64,000 nt of DNA from an uncultured Dehalococcoidales bacterium (GCA_964354655.1 CAYHAL010000002.1:5680-69679), one strand, 5' to 3'; positions 1 through 10,154 are shown, counted from the first letter of the stretch. The notes: a model not told the origin generated them from the sequence alone. Numbers and translations are program-made.

Positions 1-202
1 CACGAAACAAGCCAAAAGCAGCTCCAGTATTGTGGATATGGGTTAAACGAAAGAACCCCTCCTCTGGTAACGACTGCCCTATAGCTAAATTTGACCTTAT
101 CCACGACTTACTAAGCTGGTCACCAACCACCACCAATACTGCAACTAGGAAAAAGACCGCATTCCACCACCGCTTACCGGGGAGACTATTTAACTTTTGC
201 AT
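1..202 (-). CDS. lspA: Lipoprotein signal peptidase (signal peptidase II), 5' part; gene continues beyond the left edge
   Basis: Not in the ORF track because it runs off the window. Manual minus-strand translation from ATG at 202 gives MQKLNSLPGKRWWNAVFFLVAVLVVVGDQLSKSWIRSNLAIGQSLPEEGFFRLTHIHNTGAAFGLFR. It has an N-terminal TM helix, DQxxK and the NTGAAFG motif typical of LspA. It overlaps the 3' end of the upstream DksA-like gene by 17 nt. Confidence 0.6.
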   Translation of the reverse strand, partial: MQKLNSLPGKRWWNAVFFLVAVLVVVGDQLSKSWIRSNLAIGQSLPEEGFFRLTHIHNTGAAFGLFR

Positions 203-581
203 CCTTTGCCTGACTAGCCTTACAACTCAAGCACAGGTTTGCCTGGGGGAGGGCTTCTAATCGGGCAGGGTCTATAGGTTGACCACAAATATCACATAAG
301 CCATAGGTTCCGTTTTCAAATTTAGATAAAGCGTGCTCAATCTCAGCCAGTTGGACTCTAATACGCTTTTCTAAAGCCAGCCGCGTTTCTAACTCAAGGG
401 TCTCGGTAGCTTCCTCCTCCCTCTTGCCAAAGGGACTACCCTCTCGCCGCTCATCTGCCGGACGAGCGCTAGCCTTTAATTGCTCTAATTCACTAATTAA
501 CCGCTTTTGCTCGCTCTCCAAATGAGAGCGAAGTAAATTGAACTGTGTAGCCACACCTTCCTCCTCATGCTCACCTGCCAT
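186..581 (-). CDS. DksA/TraR family C4-type zinc-finger protein
   Basis: 131 aa. Coiled-coil N-terminus and C-terminal CDICGQPI...(17 aa)...CLSC four-cysteine finger, as in the DksA/TraR family. Confidence 0.75.
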   Translation of the reverse strand: MAGEHEEEGVATQFNLLRSHLESEQKRLISELEQLKASARPADERREGSPFGKREEEATETLELETRLALEKRIRVQLAEIEHALSKFENGTYGLCDICGQPIDPARLEALPQANLCLSCKASQAKDAKVK

Positions 582-675
582 AATAGTTGAGATAGCCAGT
601 TTCGGCTCTTTTTATACTGACAAGTAAGCCATTATACTTAATGCTATCTAAGAGAACAATTTTAAGCGAGGCAAA

Positions 676-1443
676 TTAATCCAGCATTACCCGTAATTGG
701 CGGATAGTACTAACCGCCTGCCCACGCCAGTGATTGTTGGCGAAGATAAAGGTCTTTTCAGCTATACTATTCAGCTTTTGAATCTTAGGCAGCCATTCGC
801 TGAGCTCCTGGGGTGTATAGCTATAATCATACCTTTCATAAGCCTGCTCGTGCTGCCACCACTTAGCACTATTACGCCCATGAAAGCGGACATAGCCTAT
901 CTTACTCGTTGCCTCAGCCAGGGGTGGCAAGAGATTAGGTAGCCGGGGTTCATCAACGCAACAAAAGCCTAGCTCATGGTCACGCAGCCAGTCAAACACC
1001 TCGCTTCTCAGCCACCGGGCATTACGGAATTCAACCACTACCGGTAGTTCACCCAACCTTTCCTTAAACAGGCTGAGGTAGTCCCAGTTACCGCGATTAA
1101 AACCAAAGCTATACGGAAACTGAGCTAGGATACAACCCAGCTTCCCAGCAGTAATGATAGGCTGTAACACCTGACAAAAAGCCTCAAAAACATGGACATT
1201 ATCATCCCGCTGATGAGTCATTTCCTGGTTAGCCTTAAAACAAAATATGAAATCATCGCCGGTTTTAGCTGCCATTGCTTTTAAGTTGGAGGGCTTAGGT
1301 AAGGCATAAAAGGTTGAATTTACCTCGCAGACATTAAATTCACGAGCATAATAGGTAAGCCACTCCCCCTTAGGCATTCCCACCGGGTAAAAGTTCCCCA
1401 CCCAATCGTCATAACTGAACCCCGAAGTACCCAAGTACATCAT
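676..1443 (-). CDS. DUF72 (YecE/UPF0759-like) family protein
   Basis: 255 aa. N-terminus YLGTSGFSYDDWVGNFYP and later NSTFY, EFRNxxW, VRFHG motifs are characteristic of DUF72. Confidence 0.8.
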   Translation of the reverse strand: MMYLGTSGFSYDDWVGNFYPVGMPKGEWLTYYAREFNVCEVNSTFYALPKPSNLKAMAAKTGDDFIFCFKANQEMTHQRDDNVHVFEAFCQVLQPIITAGKLGCILAQFPYSFGFNRGNWDYLSLFKERLGELPVVVEFRNARWLRSEVFDWLRDHELGFCCVDEPRLPNLLPPLAEATSKIGYVRFHGRNSAKWWQHEQAYERYDYSYTPQELSEWLPKIQKLNSIAEKTFIFANNHWRGQAVSTIRQLRVMLD

Positions 1444-1477
1444 TATTTCTAGTGTATCCTATTTAGCCTATTTTGGC

Positions 1478-1915
1478 AACTCACCCTTTAGTCTCTCCCC
1501 CAATAAACGAACCGACAATCGTGACACTATTTATTAACCCACCCCCTTTATCCCCCTCCCTTATGAAGGGAGGGGGAATTGGTTATATATAAGAGAGGCT
1601 TCGCCTCCCTTTGACTCTCCTTGAAAAGAAGAGAGGGAAGAGACTTTTAGAGGGGCTTTGCCCCTCTTTGACCCTCCTTGAAAAGGAGAGGGGGAGGTTT
1701 TTTAAGAAAGGCGGAGCCTCTCTAACTCTCCTATCCCACCTCCTTTTAAGAAGGTTAATTCCTTCAATCCTCCAACCGAGGAGAGATTTTAGAGAGGGGC
1801 TTCACCCCTCTTTAATCCACCTTAAAAGGAGCCTGAGAGGGGCTTTGCCCCTCTCTTACTTATACTCCCCCTTCCCTTAATAAGGGAAGGGGGTCAGGGG
1901 GATAGGTTGCTAGAC
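1478..1915. repeat. Mosaic hairpin repeat element, copy A (about 440 bp, forward orientation)
   Basis: Left terminus is TATTTATTAACCCACCCCCTTTATCCCCCTCCCTTATGAAGGGAGGGGG. Five internal units follow of the form AGAGGGGC-TTY-GCCCCTCT..TTGAC..CTCCTT-AAAA-GGAG. Right terminus is CCCCCTTCCCTTAATAAGGGAAGGGGGTCAGGGGGATAGGTTGCTAGA. The same architecture recurs at six other sites in the window. Confidence 0.9.
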
Positions 1916-2001
1916 ACCCTCAATAATCGTGAATATATGCAAAACCCACCTATTTAAGCTATAATTAAATTTATCCATTAATTATATAATGGGGAAAATA
2001 A

Positions 2002-2841
2002 ATGACAGGGCTACTTTTTGGCACCGGTGGCACTCCTCACAGTGCCAAAACACCGTCCACAATAGACGGAATTAAGCGCATTGCTGAGCTTGGGCTTGGC
2101 TGTATGGAGCTAGAGTTTGTCCAAGGGGTAAAAATGGGTGAGGCAGGGGCTCGCCTGGTTGCCGATATAGCCACCAGGGAAGGGGTTAAACTATCGGCTC
2201 ATGGTCCTTACTTCATTAACCTAAATGCCCGGGAACCGGAGAAGATAACTGCCAGTCAGGGCAGGATACTTCAGACAGCCCGCATTGCCTCAATATGTGG
2301 CGCTGAAAGCATTACTTTCCACGCTGCCTACTACCTCGGTGATTCCCCGGAAAAGGCCTACAATACGGTAAAGAAATACCTGGCTGAGGTGATAAACCAG
2401 CTTAAGCGGGAAAATAATCGGGTGTGGATTAGACCAGAGCTCGTCGGCAAGCCCAGCGAGTTCGGAACGCTAGACGAAATCCTTAACCTGAGTGTCGAGC
2501 TAGAGAGAGTAGCCCCCTGCATCGACTTCTCCCATTGGCATGCTCGGAGTGGGGATTCCAATTCTTACCAAGAATTTGCCTCTGTCCTGCAACAGATTGA
2601 AAAGCGGTTAGGCAGAGCCGCCATAGATAATATGCACATTCATGTCTCTGGCATTGCCTATGGACCGAAGGGAGAAATAAAACATCTAAACCTAGAAGAG
2701 TCGGATTTACAGTATGCTGAACTTCTCCAAGCATTAAAGGATTACCAGGTCAAAGGTCTTATTATCTGTGAAAGCCCTAACCTGGAGGAGGACGCCCTGC
2801 TCCTGCAATCAACCTATAATAACTTGCCAAAATCAAAATAA
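2002..2841 (+). CDS. Endonuclease IV-like / AP endonuclease family 2 TIM-barrel protein
   Basis: 279 aa. AHGPYFINLNA resembles the Endo IV HAPYLINLA motif. Later FHAAY, RPE, HWH and HIHVSG segments are plausible metal ligands. Confidence 0.6.
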   Translation: MTGLLFGTGGTPHSAKTPSTIDGIKRIAELGLGCMELEFVQGVKMGEAGARLVADIATREGVKLSAHGPYFINLNAREPEKITASQGRILQTARIASICGAESITFHAAYYLGDSPEKAYNTVKKYLAEVINQLKRENNRVWIRPELVGKPSEFGTLDEILNLSVELERVAPCIDFSHWHARSGDSNSYQEFASVLQQIEKRLGRAAIDNMHIHVSGIAYGPKGEIKHLNLEESDLQYAELLQALKDYQVKGLIICESPNLEEDALLLQSTYNNLPKSK

Positions 2842-2859
2842 GACCATCGGGAATCTATT

Positions 2860-2887
2860 TTTAACTTGCTACTATTTTTGGTATAAT
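2860..2887 (+). promoter_or_regulatory. Candidate extended -10 promoter for ftsH
   Basis: TGgTATAAT (TG at 2879-2880, TATAAT at 2882-2887) with a weak -35 TTTAAC 16 nt upstream. Lies 47 nt before the ftsH start. Confidence 0.4.
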
Positions 2888-2933
2888 ATAAATGCTATTA
2901 AGCGCTAAGTTGAGGACAATCTGGGAATAAAAG

Positions 2934-4871
2934 ATGAGAATGGGTTGGAGTCGTAATCTCATAATATTTATCGCTATTGCCATTGCCTGTATAGCCCTTT
3001 TTGCTTATTTCACACCGGCAACCAAGAAGCCCGAGGAAATCCCTCTAGCTAAAGCTATAACCATGTCACAAAATGGTGAAATAGCGCAGATTAAAGATGA
3101 AGGCGATACCCTGCTTATTACTACGACCGATGGCACGGAAATGAAGACAATCAAAGGTAATCTTACCTTGCTTGACCTCACCGACCTTGGGTTTGTCCTT
3201 CCTGAAGGGGGCTATGAAATAAAGCCGTCGGGCGGGCTTGACTGGAGCCTGGTGCTAAACTTCCTGCCGCTTATAGTCTTTGGCGGTCTGCTGTTCTTCC
3301 TGTTCCGCAGGGCTCAAGGGGCTAATACCCAAGCGATGAATTTTGGCCGCAGCCGAGCTCGTTTGTTCCCAGCCCACACCCCAACGGTAACCTTTGATGA
3401 CGTCGCCGGGGTAGAGGAAGCTAAGCAAGAAGTCCAGGAAGTAGTAGAGTTCCTCAGGGCACGGGAGAAGTTTCAGCGACTAGGCGCCCGTATCCCAAAG
3501 GGGTTGCTGCTAATAGGTCCGCCAGGCACGGGAAAGACGTTACTAGCTCGGGCAATAGCCGGGGAAGCTGGGGTACCTTTCTTCTCGATTAGCGGTAGCG
3601 AATTCGTAGAGATGTTTGTTGGCGTTGGTGCCTCTAGGGTACGAGACCTCTTTGACCAAGCCAAACGCAATGCCCCATGCATTGTCTTCATTGATGAGAT
3701 TGATGCTGTAGGTCGTCACCGTGGTGCCGGGCTCGGTGGTGGTCATGATGAGAGAGAACAAACCCTTAATCAGATCTTGACTGAGATGGACGGCTTTGAC
3801 ACCAATACCAACGTGATTGTCCTTGCCGCTACCAACCGCCCTGATATACTCGACCCGGCTTTACTCCGCCCCGGGCGCTTCGACCGCCGGGTAGTCCTAG
3901 ACCGACCAGACATCAACGGTCGGGTAGCCATCCTTAAAGTCCATACTAACGGTAAGCCACTGGCTCAATCGGTTAATCTGGAGGTTCTAGCTAGACAGAC
4001 AGCCGGCTTTAGTGGTGCTGACCTAGCCAATCTGGTCAATGAGGCAGCTATTCTGGCTGCCAGGCGGGGCGGGCAGACTATTGATATGCAGGAGTTTGAG
4101 GAATCCATAGACCGGGTGATTGCCGGCCCGGAGAGGAAGAGCCGGCGGATAAGCCCTAAAGAAAAGGAAATCACCGCCTATCACGAGGCTGGACATGCCC
4201 TCGTCGCCAAAATGCTGCCTAACGCTGACCCGGTGCATAAAATCTCAATCGTGGCTCGGGGAATATCCCTCGGTCATACTCGGCAACTACCCACTGAAGA
4301 CCGATATCTGATGACGCGCTCTCAATTTAATGATATGTTAGCCACCTTCCTAGCCGGTCATACCGCTGAGAAGCTAATCTTCAATGAATCAACAACCGGG
4401 GCTTACGATGATATTGAGCGGGCAACCACCATGGCCCGCAGGATGGTGACTGAGTACGGAATGAGTGATAAACTAGGACCACGAACCTTCGGGCATAGGG
4501 AAGAACTAATCTTCCTCGGTCGTGAAATCACTGAGCAGAGGAACTATAGCGAGAAGATAGCCCAGGAGATTGATGAGGAAGTCCATAATATCATCCAGCA
4601 CGCTTCCGAGGTAGCCGAAAAGATTCTAACTGAAAACAAGCCAAAATTAATCCATGTCGCTGAAACACTTATTGCTCGCGAGACCCTGGAGGGTGAAGAA
4701 CTAGACTCATTACTTGCCCAGTCGGTACCAGCACCTCAGCCTAAAGCCACAATAACACCCACCCCAGCGCCAGCAGAGACCACCACCAAAACTAAGCCCA
4801 TGCCCAAGGAGACACCAATCGTCCCTCAACCCCTCCCCAAACAAGCCCCGGCTACGCCGGAGATAGCATGA
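2934..4871 (+). CDS. ftsH: ATP-dependent zinc metalloprotease FtsH
   Basis: 645 aa. Has an N-terminal TM segment, Walker A GPPGTGKT, Walker B IVFIDEID, the SRH region, the HEAGHA zinc motif and a Pro-rich tail. Confidence 0.95.
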   Translation: MRMGWSRNLIIFIAIAIACIALFAYFTPATKKPEEIPLAKAITMSQNGEIAQIKDEGDTLLITTTDGTEMKTIKGNLTLLDLTDLGFVLPEGGYEIKPSGGLDWSLVLNFLPLIVFGGLLFFLFRRAQGANTQAMNFGRSRARLFPAHTPTVTFDDVAGVEEAKQEVQEVVEFLRAREKFQRLGARIPKGLLLIGPPGTGKTLLARAIAGEAGVPFFSISGSEFVEMFVGVGASRVRDLFDQAKRNAPCIVFIDEIDAVGRHRGAGLGGGHDEREQTLNQILTEMDGFDTNTNVIVLAATNRPDILDPALLRPGRFDRRVVLDRPDINGRVAILKVHTNGKPLAQSVNLEVLARQTAGFSGADLANLVNEAAILAARRGGQTIDMQEFEESIDRVIAGPERKSRRISPKEKEITAYHEAGHALVAKMLPNADPVHKISIVARGISLGHTRQLPTEDRYLMTRSQFNDMLATFLAGHTAEKLIFNESTTGAYDDIERATTMARRMVTEYGMSDKLGPRTFGHREELIFLGREITEQRNYSEKIAQEIDEEVHNIIQHASEVAEKILTENKPKLIHVAETLIARETLEGEELDSLLAQSVPAPQPKATITPTPAPAETTTKTKPMPKETPIVPQPLPKQAPATPEIA

Positions 4872-5275
4872 TAGAAATTACCCAAAAGCCTATCTCCCCT
4901 GAGCTTATGGTTAATAAAGTCAAGACCGATAGCAGTGGTTGTGTGGTCGCTTACATCGGGCTGATTCGCCAATATTCCCATGGTAAACAGACCCTTTCCG
5001 TAGAATATAGCGATACCGAGGGCAAGGCAGAAAAAAGGCTCCAGGAAATAGCCAGTGAAGCTAGGCAAAAATGGCAACTGAATAATATAGCTATATGCCA
5101 TAGAATAGGCAGACTAAAAGTAGGGGATATTAATATCGTTATTGCTGTCGCTGCTGCCCATCGAGAGGAGGGCTTTGCCGCCTGTCAGTATGTTATTGAC
5201 CGGTTCAAGCAAACATTACCTACCCAGAAAAAGGAAACCTCCCAAGACGGTAGCATCTGCGTCGAGGGTGAATAG
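4868..5275 (+). CDS. moaE: Molybdopterin synthase catalytic subunit MoaE-like protein
   Basis: 135 aa. The pattern GCVVAYIGLIR...ICHRIGRLKVGDINIVIAVAAAHREEGFAACQYVIDRFK matches the MoaE family. Its start overlaps the ftsH stop (ATGA). Confidence 0.7.
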   Translation: MIEITQKPISPELMVNKVKTDSSGCVVAYIGLIRQYSHGKQTLSVEYSDTEGKAEKRLQEIASEARQKWQLNNIAICHRIGRLKVGDINIVIAVAAAHREEGFAACQYVIDRFKQTLPTQKKETSQDGSICVEGE

Positions 5276-5284
5276 AGGAGCCCC

Positions 5285-6247
5285 CTATTTTCTTCGTTTT
5301 ACCACATACTCAGCTAATTGTATTAACGAGCGGCGACAAGCATTATCCGGCAATAGACTAAGATTTTGGCAAGCCTTGGCACAATAATCTGAGGCAACAG
5401 CATAGCACTCCTGAGGGATTGACGAGTTACGAACCAGCTCCATTGCCAGTTCTATATTTTCCTGCCTATCCTCATTCTGAAACAATCTTCTTACTGGATT
5501 ATCCTCAGGGTAGCGCTCCAAAAGAAGCATTGCCGGCAGGGTAAGGGTGCCTTGAGCCAGGTCTGAGCCGGTGGGCTTGCCCATTTCCTCCTCGGTGCCA
5601 ATAAAGTCCAGAATATCGTCCACAATCTGAAAGGCGATGCCAAGATTATGACCGTATTGTTTCAGTACCTCGACTGACCTTTCCGGAGCTTGGCTTAAAA
5701 TTGCCCCCGACTCGGTAGCCAGAGAAATCAGAGACGCAGTCTTAGCCGAAATCCGTTGCAGGTATTGCTGACGAGTCTGCTCTAAATTAAAGGCGTTAAA
5801 GGCTTGGTTCAGCTCTCCGCCAGAAAGGGTCATATAGGTTTGGGCAAAGAGCCTTATCACCTGCAGATTTTGAGTTTCAGCGACCAGCTCTTGTGACTTA
5901 GCCAGCAGGTAGTCCCCAAACAGAATTGCTTTGTCTTCACCCCACACCTTATTAACCGTGGGATAACCACGGCGAACCAAGGAATTATCAATAACATCAT
6001 CATGAACCAGGGTAGCGGTATGCAGAACCTCAACCGCCGTAGCCATAGGCAAAAGGCAACCAAGGTCGTAGTGATAAAACTTGCCCGATAGAAGAACCAG
6101 AGCCGGGCGAATCCTCTTACCACTGTTCTTCAGGGTATAATCCAACAGCTTAGACAGTTGGGGAGAACCAACCTTGCAGACTGACCTCAGCCTATCCTCT
6201 ACCCTGACTAAGTCCCCCTGAATCGGTTCATAAATTGTGCTCAACAT
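5285..6247 (-). CDS. Polyprenyl diphosphate synthase (trans-IPPS, hepta/octaprenyl type)
   Basis: 320 aa. First DDxxD (LVHDDVIDN) and second DDxxD (QIVDDILD) motifs in the typical spacing. Confidence 0.85.
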   Translation of the reverse strand: MLSTIYEPIQGDLVRVEDRLRSVCKVGSPQLSKLLDYTLKNSGKRIRPALVLLSGKFYHYDLGCLLPMATAVEVLHTATLVHDDVIDNSLVRRGYPTVNKVWGEDKAILFGDYLLAKSQELVAETQNLQVIRLFAQTYMTLSGGELNQAFNAFNLEQTRQQYLQRISAKTASLISLATESGAILSQAPERSVEVLKQYGHNLGIAFQIVDDILDFIGTEEEMGKPTGSDLAQGTLTLPAMLLLERYPEDNPVRRLFQNEDRQENIELAMELVRNSSIPQECYAVASDYCAKACQNLSLLPDNACRRSLIQLAEYVVKRRK

Positions 6248-7931
6248 GCCCCAACCGGCTAACCTCCTCTTCTATCAACCCTTCATCCAATTTGGAGAAT
6301 AGGGGCTCAGGGGGGAGTAATTTCTGCCCCGGTGATGGGAAACGTGGCTGCCAGCTGTCATCCTCCACGCTACCCTCAAAGCCAAGATACTGGTGCAGCT
6401 TCTGAGAGCTAAAGGGCAGGAAGGGATACAGCACCATCCTGAGGCACGAAATAACTGAAATGGCGACATATAATGCAGTGGCGGCAGCTTGCCTATCCTC
6501 GTTAATTACCTTCCACGGTGATTTCTCTTCCAAGTAGCGATTAGCCTCCTGAGCTAAGGACATAGCCGACCTCATTGCTTCCCTAAAATGGCATTGGTAA
6601 AGAAGCTTATCTACGGTATTAACGGTCTCCTTAGCCGCATCAATAACCACCTGACTACGGCTATCAAATCCCCCGGGTACTGGGACACAGCCGTCAAAGC
6701 TACGATAGACAAAAGCGAGCACCCGGTGAACCAAGTTTCCGTAGGTAGCTACCAGCTCATCGTTATTCCGTCGAAAAAACTCACGCCACGAAAAATCGGT
6801 ATCCGCTGTCTCTGGCATGCTTATGGATAACAGGTAACGCAATGGGTCAGGCTCATAGTGTGAGAGATAATCAGGTAACCACACTGCCCAGTTTCGACTG
6901 GTAGAAAGCTTCTTGCCCTCAATAGTTAAGAACTCGTTAGCCGGCACATCACAGGGGAGATTAAGCCCACCGTAGCCCATCAGCATCGCTGGCCAGACGA
7001 GAGTATGAAACGGAATATTATCCTTACCAATAAAATAGTAGCTTTTCGCCTCATTACCCTGCCAGTAAGAGCGCCACTTCCCCTCATCCCCGCTGGACTT
7101 AGCCCACTCCTTAGTCGCCGAAAGGTAGCCAATGACCGCCTCAAACCACACATAAAGGCGCTTGCCCTCAAAGCCATCCAGCGGCACGGTTACCCCCCAA
7201 TTTATATCCCGAGTGATAGCCCTGTCCTTCAGCCCCTCTTTTAGATAGCGATTGGTAAGATTATAAACGTCCGGTCGCCATTGATTCTGCTCGCTCACCC
7301 AGGCGGAAAGTCTGTCCTGAAAAGCACTCAATCTAAAAAAGAAATGCTCTGAATCCCTAAACCGGGGGGTGGCAGCACATAGTTTACAGCGGGGGTCAAT
7401 CAGTTCAGCCGGAGTTATGGGCTTACCACATCCATCGCACTGGTCACCCCTGGCTCCAGAAGAGTGGCAGTATGGACAGGTGCCCTCAACATAGCGGTCG
7501 CTCAAGAAACGCTGGCAATGAGGACAAAAGGGCTGGGACACAGTAGCCTTATAAATATAGCCTTTATTCAACAGGGTGAGAAAAAAGTCATGTGATACCT
7601 CAGCATGATTAGCCGTGCCGGTCCGGGTAAATAAATCGAAGGAAATGCCTAACTTCTGCCACGAATCAAGAAACTGCTGATGATACTGACTGACTATTTC
7701 TTCGGGCTTCTTCCCCTCTTGCTCAGCCTTGATAGTTATTGGTGTGCCATGCTGGTCTGAACCCGATACCATTAATACCTCGTCACCCTTAATGCGATGG
7801 TAGCGGGCAAATATATCTGATGGCAAATATGCCCCAGCAATATGACCCAGATGCAATGGCCCATCGGCATAAGGCCAAGCCACCCCAATAAAAATTCTCT
7901 CGCCCATAATCTTCTTTCTAACTAATCTCAT
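6228..7931 (-). CDS. metG: Methionine--tRNA ligase
   Basis: 567 aa. HLGH (HIGH-type) motif, zinc knuckles CPHC.../CPYC.../CDGC.../CKLC, and KLSTSRN (KMSKS). An alternative start is ATG at 7907 (MGERIFIG). The start at 7931 gives an ATGA overlap with the upstream small ORF. Confidence 0.9.
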   Translation of the reverse strand: MRLVRKKIMGERIFIGVAWPYADGPLHLGHIAGAYLPSDIFARYHRIKGDEVLMVSGSDQHGTPITIKAEQEGKKPEEIVSQYHQQFLDSWQKLGISFDLFTRTGTANHAEVSHDFFLTLLNKGYIYKATVSQPFCPHCQRFLSDRYVEGTCPYCHSSGARGDQCDGCGKPITPAELIDPRCKLCAATPRFRDSEHFFFRLSAFQDRLSAWVSEQNQWRPDVYNLTNRYLKEGLKDRAITRDINWGVTVPLDGFEGKRLYVWFEAVIGYLSATKEWAKSSGDEGKWRSYWQGNEAKSYYFIGKDNIPFHTLVWPAMLMGYGGLNLPCDVPANEFLTIEGKKLSTSRNWAVWLPDYLSHYEPDPLRYLLSISMPETADTDFSWREFFRRNNDELVATYGNLVHRVLAFVYRSFDGCVPVPGGFDSRSQVVIDAAKETVNTVDKLLYQCHFREAMRSAMSLAQEANRYLEEKSPWKVINEDRQAAATALYVAISVISCLRMVLYPFLPFSSQKLHQYLGFEGSVEDDSWQPRFPSPGQKLLPPEPLFSKLDEGLIEEEVSRLGHVEHNL

Positions 7932-8125
7932 TCAGGGAAGAAGGTCAGTATCCGCTCACCCTTCTCCTCTTTATAATAAGCGTAACCCCTTTTCAGGCTA
8001 CAATCCACGCATAAGCGTAACTCCTCACCTTCCTCCTCAATAACCAAATAACGCTCGGCATGCGGCATAATTCGGTGACAGTCATCGCACCGCACATCCC
8101 CTAAAGATATACAACCTCGGCGCAT
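7928..8125 (-). CDS. Small zinc-ribbon protein (hypothetical)
   Basis: 65 aa with CDDC...CVDC cysteine pairs. Its stop overlaps the metG start, suggesting translational coupling. No family recognised. Confidence 0.4.
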   Translation of the reverse strand: MRRGCISLGDVRCDDCHRIMPHAERYLVIEEEGEELRLCVDCSLKRGYAYYKEEKGERILTFFPE

Positions 8126-8165
8126 GTAATAACCCCCCAGACTTTAATTTTTACACCTAAAAATC

Positions 8166-8981
8166 TCAAGGTAGCTTAAGCCAGGCGCGATAAAGCTCCC
8201 TCTTTGATAACCCGGTTTCCCCAGCTACCTTGGCTATCGCTTCCTTAGCCGCTACCCCAGACAGTCGCAGACTTTGTAACTGCCCCTCAATAGCCTCGGT
8301 CAATTGTGGCTTCTCCTTCTCCCCCTTGCCATCAATAACTAGGGTAAACTCTCCCCTGGGCTGGGTAAAGTGTTCTATAGCCTGGCTTATTGTCCCCCGG
8401 AAGACCTCTTCATGAATCTTGGTAAGTTCACGACAAACGGCTACTTTTCTATCTCCAAGAACCAGCAATATATCATTTAAGGCAGCCCGTAGCCGATGGG
8501 GAGACTCCAGGACAACTATAGTACCATATTCATCAGCCACCGTTTCTAGTAGCCGCCGTCGACTACCAGCCTTGTGGGGCAGAAAATCAATGCAGGTAAA
8601 TCTCTCCGTGGGCAGCCCGGAGATTGCCAGCGCAGTGATAACCACCGAAGGTCCAGGAACGGGAACCACCGGGATACCCCGGCGATTAGCTGCCAAAATC
8701 AATTCGTAGCCAGGGTCAGATATGCCTGGCATACCAGCGTCACAAACCAGCGCCACATCCCCACCTTCAAGGCAATCTAAAATATAGTCCAGCTTAGTCC
8801 ATTTATTGTTCTCGTGGTAGCTTGTCACCGGTGTCTTAATCTCATACTTGGCAAGAAGCTGCTTCGTCCTCCGGGTGTCCTCAGCGGCAATAAGCTTCAC
8901 CTCCCGCAGGGTGCGTAAAGCACGCAACGAGATGTCCTCCAGATTACCAATAGGCGTCGCCACAACATAAAGGGATGGCAT
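8166..8981 (-). CDS. rsmI: 16S rRNA (cytidine1402-2'-O)-methyltransferase RsmI
   Basis: 271 aa. N-terminus LYVVATPIGNLEDISLRALRTL, AEDTR and DAGMPGISDPG are tetrapyrrole-methylase-fold RsmI hallmarks. Confidence 0.9.
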   Translation of the reverse strand: MPSLYVVATPIGNLEDISLRALRTLREVKLIAAEDTRRTKQLLAKYEIKTPVTSYHENNKWTKLDYILDCLEGGDVALVCDAGMPGISDPGYELILAANRRGIPVVPVPGPSVVITALAISGLPTERFTCIDFLPHKAGSRRRLLETVADEYGTIVVLESPHRLRAALNDILLVLGDRKVAVCRELTKIHEEVFRGTISQAIEHFTQPRGEFTLVIDGKGEKEKPQLTEAIEGQLQSLRLSGVAAKEAIAKVAGETGLSKRELYRAWLKLP

Positions 8982-9112
8982 GACTTATCCTTCCCAGCTT
9001 AGCTATTATAACCTATACTTTATCACTCATCTATACTGATTGACAAAATGTTTATTATCGCCTAGCATTACTTATATCTTCTCTATTATATTAGGAAAAG
9101 GGGAGGTTAATA

Positions 9113-9976
9113 ATGAAAGAGGTAATGGTTATTACTGATAGCTTATCTTCCATATCCCCGGAGTTATCCGAGGAATATGATGTTATAGTGGTACCCTACC
9201 ATCTCATCTTGGATGGCAAGGATTACCTGGATAACACCTTTGATAGAGAGCAGCTATTCGCCCGACTTGAGTCCTACCAGAACCTGCCTACTCACTCAGC
9301 TTGCAGTACAGGTGAGATACTGAAAGCCTACAGGAAGGCTAGTGAAAAAGCAAAGGGCATCCTATTTATTTCATTATCCTCAAGAGTGTCCGCAGACTAT
9401 AATGCGGCGCTACAAGCTAAAGAGACGGCAAAGCGGGAATTGCCCGACACCGCCATTGAAGTGGCCGATTCCCTCGCCGTTGGCGGCGGGGAGCTGCTTG
9501 TTGTTCTGGCTGCTGCCAGAGCCGCCAATGAAGGCAAAAGCCTATCAGAGGTGGCTGAGATTGCTCGCCGACTAGCTCAGCAGGTAACCTTTATAATTGT
9601 GCCACAGACTCTATTCTTCCTTGAAAGGGCGGGGAGGTCAGGTGGAGAACCGGGCATAGCCAAAGCTCCAATCCCGATATACCCCCTTTTGGCAATGGAT
9701 GCCGCCTCTGGTGAAGCCGGGAGGAAATTCATGTCCAAGCATAGAACTAAAGCCAAGGCAATAGAAGCGCTGCTGGAGATGGTGAAGGAAAAATGCGGAA
9801 ACAAGAAGCTACACGCCGCCATCAACTATACCAACAACCCTGAAGAAGCCAAGGCATTGAAGAAGCTCCTCTCCCAGTTTGAAGTAAGCGAACTCCATAT
9901 CACGCCGTGGTCATTAGTAGGCTCTGTGGTATGTGGACCACGCAGTGTATCACTGGGATTTTATAGCGAAGATTAA
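9113..9976 (+). CDS. DegV family fatty-acid-binding protein (FakB-like), paralog 1
   Basis: 287 aa. N-terminus VITDS...LS.E....V.VVP plus the overall DegV pattern. SD GGGGAGG lies upstream of the ATG. Confidence 0.9.
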   Translation: MKEVMVITDSLSSISPELSEEYDVIVVPYHLILDGKDYLDNTFDREQLFARLESYQNLPTHSACSTGEILKAYRKASEKAKGILFISLSSRVSADYNAALQAKETAKRELPDTAIEVADSLAVGGGELLVVLAAARAANEGKSLSEVAEIARRLAQQVTFIIVPQTLFFLERAGRSGGEPGIAKAPIPIYPLLAMDAASGEAGRKFMSKHRTKAKAIEALLEMVKEKCGNKKLHAAINYTNNPEEAKALKKLLSQFEVSELHITPWSLVGSVVCGPRSVSLGFYSED

Positions 9977-10022
9977 AAGGCACCCCTCCGTCTATAACCA
10001 TAACCTGCCTCTTGATATAATG

Positions 10023-10118
10023 GCTTGGTCACTAGATAAGAAAGCTATCACTGGGTTGCGTCTTTGGCTATTTTGTTATTGCTAGCCCGCTTCACAAAAA
10101 CCTATTGTCAAACTAAAG
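10023..10118. repeat. Conserved non-coding block downstream of degV paralog 1 (copy 1 of 2)
   Basis: GCTTGGTCACTAGATAAGAAAGCTATCACTGGGTTGCGTCTTTGGCTATTTTGTTATTGCTAGCCC... aligns with 11095-11191 with about 13 differences in about 97 positions (by eye). Confidence 0.8.
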
Positions 10119-10125
10119 TTCCTGA

Positions 10126-10154
10126 TTGACAAAGCCTCTATCATTATTTACAAT
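10126..10154 (+). promoter_or_regulatory. Candidate sigma70-type promoter of degV paralog 2
   Basis: TTGACA (10126-10131), 17-nt spacer, TACAAT (10149-10154). The CTGATTGACAAA context is also present upstream of paralog 1 (9036-9047). Confidence 0.5.

Noticed and set aside
30-38. TGTGGATAT, a near-consensus DnaA-box-like 9-mer
   Set aside because: It is a single occurrence inside the lspA coding region, 61 kb from dnaA. That is expected by chance.
1611-1880. 89-aa ORF (MTLLEKKRGKRLLEGLCPSLTLLEKERG...) and the ORFs at 11323-11529 (+) and 11340-11525 (-)
   Set aside because: They lie entirely inside mosaic repeat copies A and B. Their periodic peptide sequence simply reflects the tandem hairpin units. 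No SD is present and ORFs are open on both strands. They are not coding.
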